A stretch of 64,000 bases of DNA. Origin: Geosiphon pyriformis uo1 (taxonomy: Eukaryota > Fungi > Glomeromycota). Under the pieces are notes generated by a model. The model did no database searches. It was not told the DNA's origin and saw only the letters and a program-made list of their open reading frames with translations. The position numbers and the translations under genes are program-made. Of this stretch, positions 13,101-23,662 are shown piece after piece (positions within the stretch are counted from its first letter, which is position 1; each line of letters begins with the position of its first letter). The stretch covers positions 494,984 to 558,983 of the forward strand of contig JAAOMT010000200.1 of NCBI GenBank assembly GCA_016748015.1, in the 5' to 3' direction.

Positions 13101-16100
13101 TCCATTTCAGCTTGTGAAAGTCAATTTACTGCAGAAGAAAAAGAAAGAAACAGTTTTGGCCATAGTACCTTATTTACCTATGCTCCTATTTTGAATAAGA
13201 CATACACATCTCCTTTACCTGGTATCTTCCCAGGTAGTTTTTCAGGCCTAGAGTGGGCTTATGCTTATTTCATTGCATATTTAATTAATTTTTAAATCAA
13301 TTTTTTTATGTTTTAGATATTCGACCAACTTGTAAAATGGAATCATACCATCTTCCAACACTTGAGGGTCTCAAATTGAACAAAGGGTTATGTGATGGTG
13401 TGCAACTTGGCGTACAAGCAATGGCGGGCTTCCCGTCGCTAGAGACTATTCCCCACAGTGGTGCCATAGCACGTCATGGAGTAAATGTCTTTAATTCCGA
13501 GAGCAAGTATGTTTTGTAGAGCATTTAATGAGCTATCAGTTGAATTTTACCGCAATGAGATTTTAATGATGATGATCTCTCTTTTACAAAAGAAATGAAA
13601 CAATGTTGATTACTTTGGCAAATGAGTTTGAAAACACGAGAACAGAGGATATTGCCGCACACAAATTAGACAAAAAAATATTTGTTGGCAAGTATTTTGG
13701 TCTTTATATGTTACTTTTATTCCAATTAAACTCATTACTTTTAAATAATATATATAGGGTGGCCATTTCTTCAAGAAGGCTTTGTTAGTTCTATTTCTGA
13801 TGAATTCTTCAGATATGAAATATTTTCAGCCAATGGAAAAGAGCAGGTGATCAAAAATCCTCATAGACCAGAGGTGGTTGAACATTGGAGGAGAAAGGCA
13901 GATAAATTAGAAAGAGATTATAGTAAACGTCAAGGCACGATCACTGGGACCGTCAATGTTGTAGCGCATGTCCGAATGCTAAAAGGTAGTTCAATGTGAC
14001 TTTTTTTTAAAAATGTTAATCCAAACTAATTGCAGTATCTAATTTCAGGTCTTAAACTTCGGGATGATGGTGCTTTGATTAAGGAATATCAAAGCGAAGG
14101 CAACGAAATTGACTTTGCTATACAAACAACCGTCGACAATGTGGAATTTGAAGATTCACGTTTTGAAGAGAAACCTGCTATCTCGATTGCTGAAGAATTT
14201 CCATTGAAAACACAAGTGTTTTTCTTGGGTAATCCGTACTACGGCTGCCCAGGAGAAGTGGATAAGCATGACGGCCAACATTTGACAATTCAACTGGTGG
14301 TAAGGTTGAGCAAGCGTTTGGTTTCCGAAAAAATTTCCATTATTTTTAATTCAATTATATTTCATCATTGAGGTTCCCGTTAGCTCTAAACATCAAGAAC
14401 CTATTTTTGGCCAAGAAATTGCCCAGGATTTTGCAAGGCGGGTTAAATATTATCCCTCCTTTGTCGTCGCCAAGAGACTGGGGATAAGTGGATTGACGCT
14501 CAGCAAATTAACAGCTAGTTTGCATGTGATTGGAAAAATAACAGAGCAGAGATCTAATTTGGGTCTCAATTTAAAATTTGAAGCCAAAAAACAAAAAGTT
14601 TTGGGCTATACGAGAAAAGCTAAAGATACTGGTTGGGAATACAGTGACAAAGCTATACAACTATTACAAGAGTATAAGGTATATTTTTATCAAATTATCA
14701 GAAAATTTTTCTTTTTTGGGGAGCATGTGAAGGCTATCGATAATTAATTACGTTATTTCCGGTCTGGCAGAGAAAATTCCCGGAGTTTATTCAAGGCCTG
14801 GAAAATATGCATAAAGACGGTAAGAATTCTATATACATCCATTTTTAAATTTTCACCAAGATTAAATAAATATTCTATTTTTAAAAAATTAGAAATATAT
14901 CACGCTGACGATTTCTATGATAAAGAAATTGCTGTGGATAAAATTAACGAAATTAAGGATTGGCTAAAGTCTGTTGAAGTGAGAGATTTTGAAAGGGTTG
15001 CTTTAGAAGCTGAGCAACTAGACAAGGTAATATATGTCAAATTATTTTTGACTCCCCTGTTTATACTCATTTTCTTGCGTGTCGTTATCTATTATAGGAA
15101 GCCATTGAACAAATTGAACAAGCTGTCAGAACTCCAAGATTCAAAACGATACTTATGAAGAATACTCCTCGGCAAGTATGTATAATGAACTCGCCTAATA
15201 TGTTTATGATCTCAAATTTCAAATATTTTAAATACATTACTACTGTATCTCATGGTATTGTTTCAGGCGCTGCTTAAACCCTCACATTCTGCAACAAGGC
15301 TTCAAGATCAAAAATTCAATCTGGGTGATCGTGTTGTTTTTGTTCCGGATTCAGGTAGTGTGCCTATTGCGGCGAAAGGCACAGTAGTTGGTATAGAGCG
15401 ACATAACATTGATGTTGTCTTCGATGCTTCATTCATGAGTGCCTCTACTCTTGGTGATAGGTCAGTGCCAATGTTTCTCTTTTTATGGAAGAGAAATTTC
15501 ATTAACTGGATTTCCTTAGGTGCTCGCAATATCACGGCATGACCGTTCTTGGATCCTCACTTCTTAATTTGACTCAACCACAATATCAGGAAAACTCGAC
15601 ATACAATCGGGGAAAAAACGTGCCCCGAGATTCTGTTACTCTCTATACTCCTCAAAATTGGCAACAGAATGCTTCACAGCCGAATGGTTATCCCAGAGGC
15701 AACTACCAATATAATAATTTCAATGGATCATCAAGGGGAAATGGTGGTCGAGTGCCTTTTTCTGTCTCTAGTAGTAATTCACAGAGTGCAAGACCAATCG
15801 TTGCGTCTCGCCCACGTGGAACAAATGGATTTATACCAGCTCAAGTATATTCCCGAGCAAACGTTCCGATGACGAACTCGAATGGATATTTAAATAACTT
15901 AACCGAATCATCATCCCAAAGTTATCCAAGAACAAGGTCCTCAAATCAAGCAAATTATTCATTATCTAACCATAATAACAACAACAACAACAACAATAAT
16001 AATAATAATAATTATCGTGGTGGTTATTCTGCTCACTTGAGAGGCTCAATGGTTGGTCTCGGAAATGGTTATGCCCTGCGTGGGAATGGCTTACGAGGAG

Positions 16101-16165
16101 GACATTACAGCAATAATGGTATGCCTCATAGAGGTGGAAGAGGACGATCTGGTGTCAATACGTAA
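10151..16165 (+). CDS. XRN1: 5'-3' exoribonuclease 1, about 22 exons
   Basis: Spliced translation reads [112 protein letters not shown] and [10 protein letters not shown]. The C-terminal Xrn1-specific blocks ([21 protein letters not shown]) distinguish it from Xrn2/Rat1. Stop TAA at 16163-16165. About 21 introns, including a 14-nt microexon at 10391-10404. Confidence 0.97.
15968..16012 (+). repeat. (AAC)n(AAT)n trinucleotide repeat encoding poly-Asn in the XRN1 tail
   Basis: aataacaacaacaacaacaacaataataataataataat lies in frame in the last exon. Confidence 0.9.
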
Positions 16166-16941
16166 AGGCAACTATAAATGTGGAGCTCATGATTAAGTCT
16201 AGTATACCCAGGGATCTAGATTTTTTCTATGTAAATCTTTTTTTCATTCCCCTGTTAATATCAATCTTCTACTATTTTATGAAACTTGTAATTTATATTT
16301 CACGTTCTTTTTTCATGTACAAAGAATCCAAGCAAAATCATTTTCTTAGGTTTCTGTCATTACAATTTATACAGTATTTAACTGATTTTTCAACCTAAAA
16401 GAAAGTTGAAGCCAATCTTTAATTTTATAATTAATTTTTGCTTCATGTAAGTTTTGGTTTTAATTTTAATGAACTAATAATGCTAAATAAAAAATATTTG
16501 ATATTTGATATCAAAATTTAAATTTACAATAAAATTTTGCAATTTTTATAAGTTTTTTGTTATTTTGGCTTTTTTAATTATTTAAATAATAATAAAAATT
16601 GGCAATAAAAAATAGCTTTATTATTAATTTTATGTTAAAAATTTTAAACCTTTTACAATAAAAATAATTACATTAAAACTGGTCTTTAAAAAAACTTTTA
16701 TTAAAGCTAAAAAAAAATTTTTTTAATTTAAAGTCTGTTTTTTGTAAAAAATAAGTTTAATTTTTTTGGTATTTTTACCAATTTGTTATAATTGTACTAA
16801 TATTTAATCTTAATTTAGTTGTAAATAATGATTTTTTTTGTTTTAAATAATAGTAATAATAATATGTTTACTAAAACTAATTCTAATTAATATATAATTA
16901 AATTGCTTAATATATTAAATTATTATTAATTTTAAGTTAAG

Positions 16942-17455
16942 TTTTTTTTTTTTTAACATTTAATAAGTAAAGTCCAAACACACCCTAGTACCATACATCA
17001 TACAAATAATTTAAACTAGGAGCAAATCATGTGTTTTCTACACATGACCAGCCACTTAGACCAATCAGAACAATATTACACACCTATATGAACAGAAACC
17101 AAGTTCCCAATACCTGAGAAAAATGAACACAGATTACAAAATCCGAAACCAACACCAAATGCTTTAGCAATACCCAGCAACCTAATCATACCAGCTGAAA
17201 GTAATGTGAATAAACCAGAAACTGAAGTAGAAATAGAACTATCACATGGAATCAGCCTATTCTTGTTCATAAAAGCTCAGTATTTGGTATGGACTAGCCA
17301 AATATCCTTCCTGAATGTAAAGCAAAACTCACAAACAAAGTCCACAATCTTCAATGTCACAATCTTAGGATCTCTAAAAACAGAAGCAGACTTATGATAC
17401 CAATCATTGAAAACAAAGCCTTTGCACAAAGCCAGACCAACAGCAACATTAAGTT
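16942..17455 (-). mobile_element. 5'-truncated LINE 3' fragment with poly(A)
   Basis: ORF2 C-terminus (GMIRLLGIAKAFGVGFG...VSVHIGV), the family 3' tail, and a T-run at ~16942-16954. Confidence 0.88.
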
Positions 17456-17880
17456 TTACATATAATTTTAATTAATTAATTTATTTTTAATTATAAATTT
17501 TAAATTAAAGTTAAAAAATTATTGTTAATTAAAAATTACAAAAATTAATTTAATTTATGTTAAATTCTATTCACATTTTTATATGATTTTATTAATTTAA
17601 AATTAATTACTAAAAAAAATAATAAATTTTTTGTGTATTATAAAATATTGTCAAAATTAAGTTTATTAAATTACTTTTTCTTATTATTTTAATAATTATA
17701 AAGTTTTTTACTTTGATAAAATTTTTAATTTGTAATAATATATTATTGTGTATTTTAAGTTTTTTAAAATTATTAAAACTGTTTTTGCTTTTTAATTAGT
17801 TTTAATTATATTAAAATATTTTTTAATTAAATAATTTTATAAAAAAAAATAAAAAAGCACAATTTTAAAAAAGAAAATTA

Positions 17881-20162
17881 GAATACAATAGAGATTAAAC
17901 TCTTTGTCTCCTTAATTTTATGACCACAACCAGAGTAAAGAGTAAAAAAGCTGTACCTAATATTTGTCCTAAGATATCTAATAAAATTTCAACCAGAGAA
18001 GCTCTTTCTGTTGTAGAAGCAATTAGGCAAAACATTTTAGAAGCCTTTCCTTTACCCAGTAATCGTGAAAAACTGCCTTTGGTAGCCACTGAATTAACTT
18101 TCTCATCTTTGGCTGGTTTCTCACCAGTCAAAGTTCTCTCAAAAAGACACACTTGGGTTAGTCCCAGTGTTGCCTCCACCCCGACTAAGAGCCCAAAAGT
18201 TTTTAATAATAGATTAGTAAATAAGCTGGTCTTCCCCTCTATAGATTCAACACCTGGTGCTTTTGGCACCACCTCCTCAAAGAAAATGGTCAAAAAGACC
18301 AAAAGTTCAGAAAAATGGGGGCAGTCGGTTGCCTCTGCTATTGTTACACTGAATCCCTTTGTGGTTCTCAATAAGGTCTCTGTAGCATTATCCAGCACGT
18401 CATCCAAGATGGGCCAAAATCAACCACTGACTGTGTTGCTAAATGTGGTGTCTTCCGGCAGATCTTTACTGGTTTTAGAAGCAAAACAATCTCCTCCTGT
18501 TGAGTCACCTGTTCTTGGGAACTGGGCTGATCAAATGGAAACTGATTCATCTCTTTCTCTAGTTTCTGGTACTACTTCTGGTGGTGCTTGGGAAACTATT
18601 ACTAGTTGTTAAAGGTTTGCTAGATAAGTGGCCTCCACTCTGGTGCCTGGTGCTACTTTTAAGATCAAATTGGCTCATGTTAAGACTGTTTTTCAGTCTG
18701 TGCATGGTTTCTTGGGTGCTAAATCTGTTTCAAAAGACAATGTAAAGCTCTTCTGTGTAGAGTTTGCTTCTCAACAGTCTTTGGAAGCTGCGTTTCTGGT
18801 TGAGCTTACAAGCTTTGTTCATTTGGCCACTCTCAAAATTGCCAAGTCTTTGGTGGTTTCTGAATCTGGTTCCTCTTCTGCTGCTGTTGCACTGTGTGAT
18901 GTACCTTTGGGTGTGTCTGCTGCTGACATTAAGTTGGCTCTCAGTGTTTTTGGTAGTGTTACTCGTGTTATGCTAAAGCCTGCTGGCATTTGGCAGTATG
19001 TGATGGTTTATTTTGAAAAATCAGACTCTGCTATGGCTGCCTTGAAGCATTGGTCAGTCTTGATGGGCAAGAATAGTGTTAGAATCCTCTCTCTGGTGAA
19101 TCAAAATGAGACTATTTTGTCTCGTGATAAGTTTAAGGCCAAATTGGTCAACCTTCTCTCTGGCTGTACCACCTTTGAAATCAGTAATATAATTTCTCAA
19201 ATTGGTGGTCAAACATGTTTCATTCCTCATTCTCCTGATTCTGGTTGTCATTTCTGGTTTGCTTTGGTTATATTTGAATCTCAAGGCAATTTGAATTCTG
19301 CAGTAGTCAAGACTAGTACTCTAAGGAAATGCCATATCTGGTGGGAAACCTCTGGCTGCTGGCACTGCTTTAGGTGTCAAGAAATGGGTCATCTGGCTGT
19401 GGATTGCAAGATTTCCTCATCTCCTATTCCCAAGGTTTTCAAGTCTTGTTTTGTGGGTTCTGCTTCATATGCCAAGACTGCTGCTCCTTCTGGTCTTTCT
19501 GAGTTTCCTCCTTTAGTGGCTTCTTCGACTGCTTCTGCTGCTGTTCCTGCTGTTAGTTTCAGGTTGGATTCTTTGGAAAAGCAGATTTTGGATCTGACTG
19601 CTCTGGTTAAGTCTATTGTTGAACCTGTTGGTTCTTTGGTTGCTTTGGTGTCTCGTCTTCTTGATGATAATGCCATTAAGGCTGTTCAGGTCGAGAAAGA
19701 TATTGTTTCTATGAAAAGTGCTGCTAACAATTTTACTAACCTCATGGTTAGAGTTTCTAAAGACATTGCTTGTCTTAGATCTAAGATTGACTTTGGTAAT
19801 ATGGATTATGATGGTGTTTTGGCTGCTAAACCTTCTTTTTTAAGTGAGGACATTATTGAACATATTATTGCTTTGTGGCAAATGTCTGGTGCTGAAACCA
19901 GGGGCAATATTGAGTCTACTAGATTGTTTCTTAGTGAGTTTATTTTTAACTCTAGGAATTTGAATGGTATCATTGAGAAAATTTGTGGATTGGGGTTATT
20001 TTCACCTACTTTTGATTCAGCATAGTGAGTCTTTAATTGGGCCAAGTGTCTGATCACATGTAGAAAACGCATGATTTATGTTTATAATGTAATCCCTTCT
20101 GTGGTATTATAGTTTAGGTAGTATTTGGGTCTCGCTCGTTAAAAAAAAAAAAAAAAAAAAAA
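17881..20162 (+). mobile_element. ORF1-only (HAL1-like) non-autonomous non-LTR retroelement, copy 1
   Basis: ~40-bp leader, one ORF, the LINE-type 3' tail and a ~22-nt poly(A). No APE or RT sequence. Confidence 0.8.
17920..20025 (+). pseudogene. ORF1p-like nucleic-acid-binding protein (~701 codons: Ser/Pro-rich N-terminus, RRM-like regions, CCHC knuckle, coiled coil) with two premature TAA stops near 18610-18627
   Basis: ORFs 17920-18612 and 18628-20025 share a frame. Contains CFRCQEMGHLAVDC. GIWQYVMVYFE..WSVLMGKNSVRI aligns with LINE ORF1 GLWQKAVVEFA..WSFLIGKDSV. Confidence 0.85.
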
Positions 20163-22751
20163 GTTTATTTTTTTTTTGTTAGTATATTTTAACATTTTTT
20201 TATCTAATAACTCTTTCATCATGGATTTAGGGACTGCTTTTAATAACAATATGTCTAAAAAAAAGATGTTTAAGAGTGCTTTTTATGGTCCTATTGGAAG
20301 TTCATTTTCTTAGAAGAAAAAAGTTGTTTTTAGAAATATCAAACATTTTGATAATAAAAAAGATATTTCTCTAATTAAGTCTGGATCTAGTAATAGTATG
20401 TATTCTGATATAAACAATATGTCTAATAATAATAAAGATAGTAGTATAACTGGTATTAATAATGGATTTTTTTGGGGTTTAACTGTTATCACTTTTAAGG
20501 CAAAAAAGATGGTTACTGGTTTGAATTGTGGCTTTCTTTTTGGTTTTTTTAATTTTGAAATGGATAAAGAAATTAGGTCTTTTTTTTCTTCTCTTAATAT
20601 CTCTTTTAACAAAAGGTGAGTTAATCCTAAAATTGTAAAAACTCAGATTGATGTGACAGTTAAGAAGTTTTTTGCTTTGAACATTAATCTTTCAGCAGTA
20701 AAAAGCAAATCAGCAACAGCAAAAATACAGTTAATTAGAAAAATTTTCTCAACTATCAATGATTTTAGAAGGGCCATTACTTCTTTAAAGTTTAAAAAAA
20801 TCATCAAATTGACATTTACATCAAAGAAAAACATGGAAAAGACCATGTTATTGGCCAGTAAAAAGAGAATCAAAGTAAATAGTAATCTCAAAAGACATAA
20901 AATTCAATCAGATTAAACTGTGATTATCAAAAAAATTTTCATGAATACATTAAAAAAAATGATCATTACTACAGTTATTAAATATGGTCAAATTATGTTA
21001 ATCAAAATTTAACTCATTGGAATGTGACAAAAAACTGTGGTGGAGTTTATTAAATTGAATTAAACTAATTAATTAGCTGCAAAATAGTTATTCTTGATCA
21101 AAAAAATTCTGTGTATGTAGCCAAGACTGTAAGAAATTGTAAGATTTGGGTATTTAGAGATTAGTTCAGAATACTTTTGTTTATCTTATCTGTAAATACA
21201 ATAATTTATAATCTGGGCACTCTATTAAAAAGAACTGGTAAAAAAATTTGTATCATTAATTATTTACTTAAGACTGGCAATTATGTTTGCTGTATTGTGT
21301 TTGGTTTTAATTCAAATAAAGAGCTGAAGTCTGTCTTTTACATAGAGCCAATTCTTGGTGATATAAAACTTTTGTGAGTTAGAATAAATTTGGTCTGGTG
21401 TAAAAAGTATGAAAAATTTGGTCATTTTGCTTTAAAGTATAACACAACAAGTGCATTTATTTTTAAGTCTTCAAAGTCATTTAAAAAAACTGCTTTAAAT
21501 ACAAGTTATCTTTAGCTAATCAAGCTGTATGCCAAAAAAAACATTCTTATTTCTTGTTTTACTGTCTTTGATGGTAAATTTTGGACCCAAATGGTTTCAA
21601 TAGCATCTACATTTTATGATTTGTTTTTTGGTTCTGGTTTTGGCTCTTTTTTTTTGGTGCCTTAGGTTTTAATAAAAAATTTTATTTTATCTCAATAAAT
21701 ACATCTTTTTTAGATGTTTATTTGGCATTTTTGGAACACTTTTTAAAGCTCTTGGCTGATCAAATATCCAATATTGTACATAAACTCAACAAAGTGAATT
21801 TGGTGCTTTTGGTTTCTCTTTTCTCTTCTTATAACTTGGCTAATTTAATGGCTGCCAATTTGAATATGAATTGGAGTTAGATGATTCAAAAATTGTGTCT
21901 TTATCTTTCTTTCTGGTTGCTGCTGAATTTTCAGTTTTAAGTTTAAATAGCTTAAAGGTCTTAATCATTAAAGTAGATTGTTTGGAATCAAAATTAGTAG
22001 CTCTTGAGATTTCTGTTAGTTTTGTTTTGGTAAAATTAGATTATTTGTGTACCAGTTTGGGTTTTATAACACATTTTTTATCTCAATAAGTAATTTGGTA
22101 TAAAAAATTGCTACATGCAATGTTTATGGTATTAATATTTCAGCTAAGCAGAATAATATCATACATTGACATATAAATTCAGATAATATGATTTCAATTG
22201 TCACAGAGACAAAGTTAAGATTTGATATTAGACTTTAAATTATAAACAAGTTTAATAGAATATGGGTTTTTTTATTTGGTTTGAATAAAGGTTTTCTTGA
22301 AGCTAGAGTTGCAATTATTATAAACAATACTTTGGTTTAACATGTTTCTAAAATGGAAGAAGTTTTTGGTCAAGTTATTTTTATTTACAGTAAACTCTCT
22401 TTATGATCACATCTTTTGGTCAGCACATTTGTGGTAACTATAAAAAAATGAGACTATAAAAAATGATTAATATTTTATCACATGATCTATATATTATATG
22501 CATAATATAATAACCAATTATATATATTTTATTTAAAAAAGCTATTTATTTGCAACTGTTTTTTCTTTTTTTGAACTTTGAGAACAGTATTACAAATTAA
22601 TGTTCTCAAAGTTTTAAAAAAGTTTGAATCAATTTTTTCACTATACTATTCTTCACAATTGTGCAATATATCTTTAAGTGCAGTTTTATCTTAATGTGTA
22701 GATAGCAAAAACAAAGGTTCATCTTTATCTTCACTTTCTAAATTTAATTTA

Positions 22752-23205
22752 TTGCCCCAGAATCTCCTGTATCAGCCATTTTTTGATACAATTTGACAGC
22801 TTAATCTGTGTTCTGATTGATGCATTTGCCATTAAAGTAGCAATGTTCTAATCAAGTTATTGCTTCAGAATTCTCTGCATCATTTGCCTTTTGATACAAT
22901 TTGACAGCTTAATCTATGTTTTGATTGACACTTTTATCATATTGATAGCAACAACCTAATCAAGTCATTGTTTCAGAATTCTCTGCATCAACAGCTTTTT
23001 GATATAATTCGATCTCTTGACTTTTGTTCTAATCAATATCTTTGTCATACTAATAGCAATAACCTAAATTGTTTATTGTAGCAGAATTCTCTGCATCACT
23101 TGTCTTTTGATATAATTTGACAGCTTAACCCGTGTTTTAATTAATACTTTTGCCATGAAAGTAGCAATTTTCTAATTTATTTATTGCTGCAAAGTTTCCA
23201 GCATT
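22752..23205 (-). pseudogene. Four degenerate Sel1-like repeats (36 aa, 108 bp each) inside the TIR element
   Basis: Translation: AGNFAAINKLENCYFHGKSIN*NTG*AVKLYQKTS / DAENSATINNLGYCY*YDKDID*NKSQEIELYQKAV / DAENSETMT*LGCCYQYDKSVNQNID*AVKLYQKAN / DAENSEAIT*LEHCYFNGKCINQNTD*AVKLYQKMA. Confidence 0.85.
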
Positions 23206-23264
23206 TAAACAGAATGGATGATAAAAATCTAATTTGAGATTTTTACATTTTTAAAAAATACCTC

Positions 23265-23662
23265 CAAATAGCCACAACAATTAACATGGCAATGATAATT
23301 CAGTTTACTTACTTCTCAATAGTCTTAACAATCAATGCAACAATAATAATTCAGTTACTTATCTCCTAATGGCTTCAACAATCAATGCAACAATAATAAT
23401 CAAATTCACTTATCTTTGGATGGTCTTAGTAATCAACACAACAATAGTAATTCATTTATTTTTAGACAGCTATGACAATCCACATGAATATATTAATCAA
23501 ATTTGCTTATCTCTAAATGGTTATAGTAATCAATATAACAATAATAATCAGATTCACTTATCTTTAGATAGCCTTGACAATTAATGTAACAATAATAATT
23601 TACTTCACTTACCTTTGGATAGTTATGGCAATTATCACAGCAATGCTAAATAAATTTACTTA
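23265..23662. repeat. Minisatellite, ~51-bp unit, about 8 copies
   Basis: Unit resembles ACAATCAATGCAACAATAATAATTCAGTTTACTTATCTCCTAATGGCTTCA, repeated with transitions. Confidence 0.8.

Noticed and set aside
17895-19676. Antisense ORFs over ORF1-like and LINE coding regions
   Set aside because: Shadow frames of the sense coding sequence with no independent motifs.
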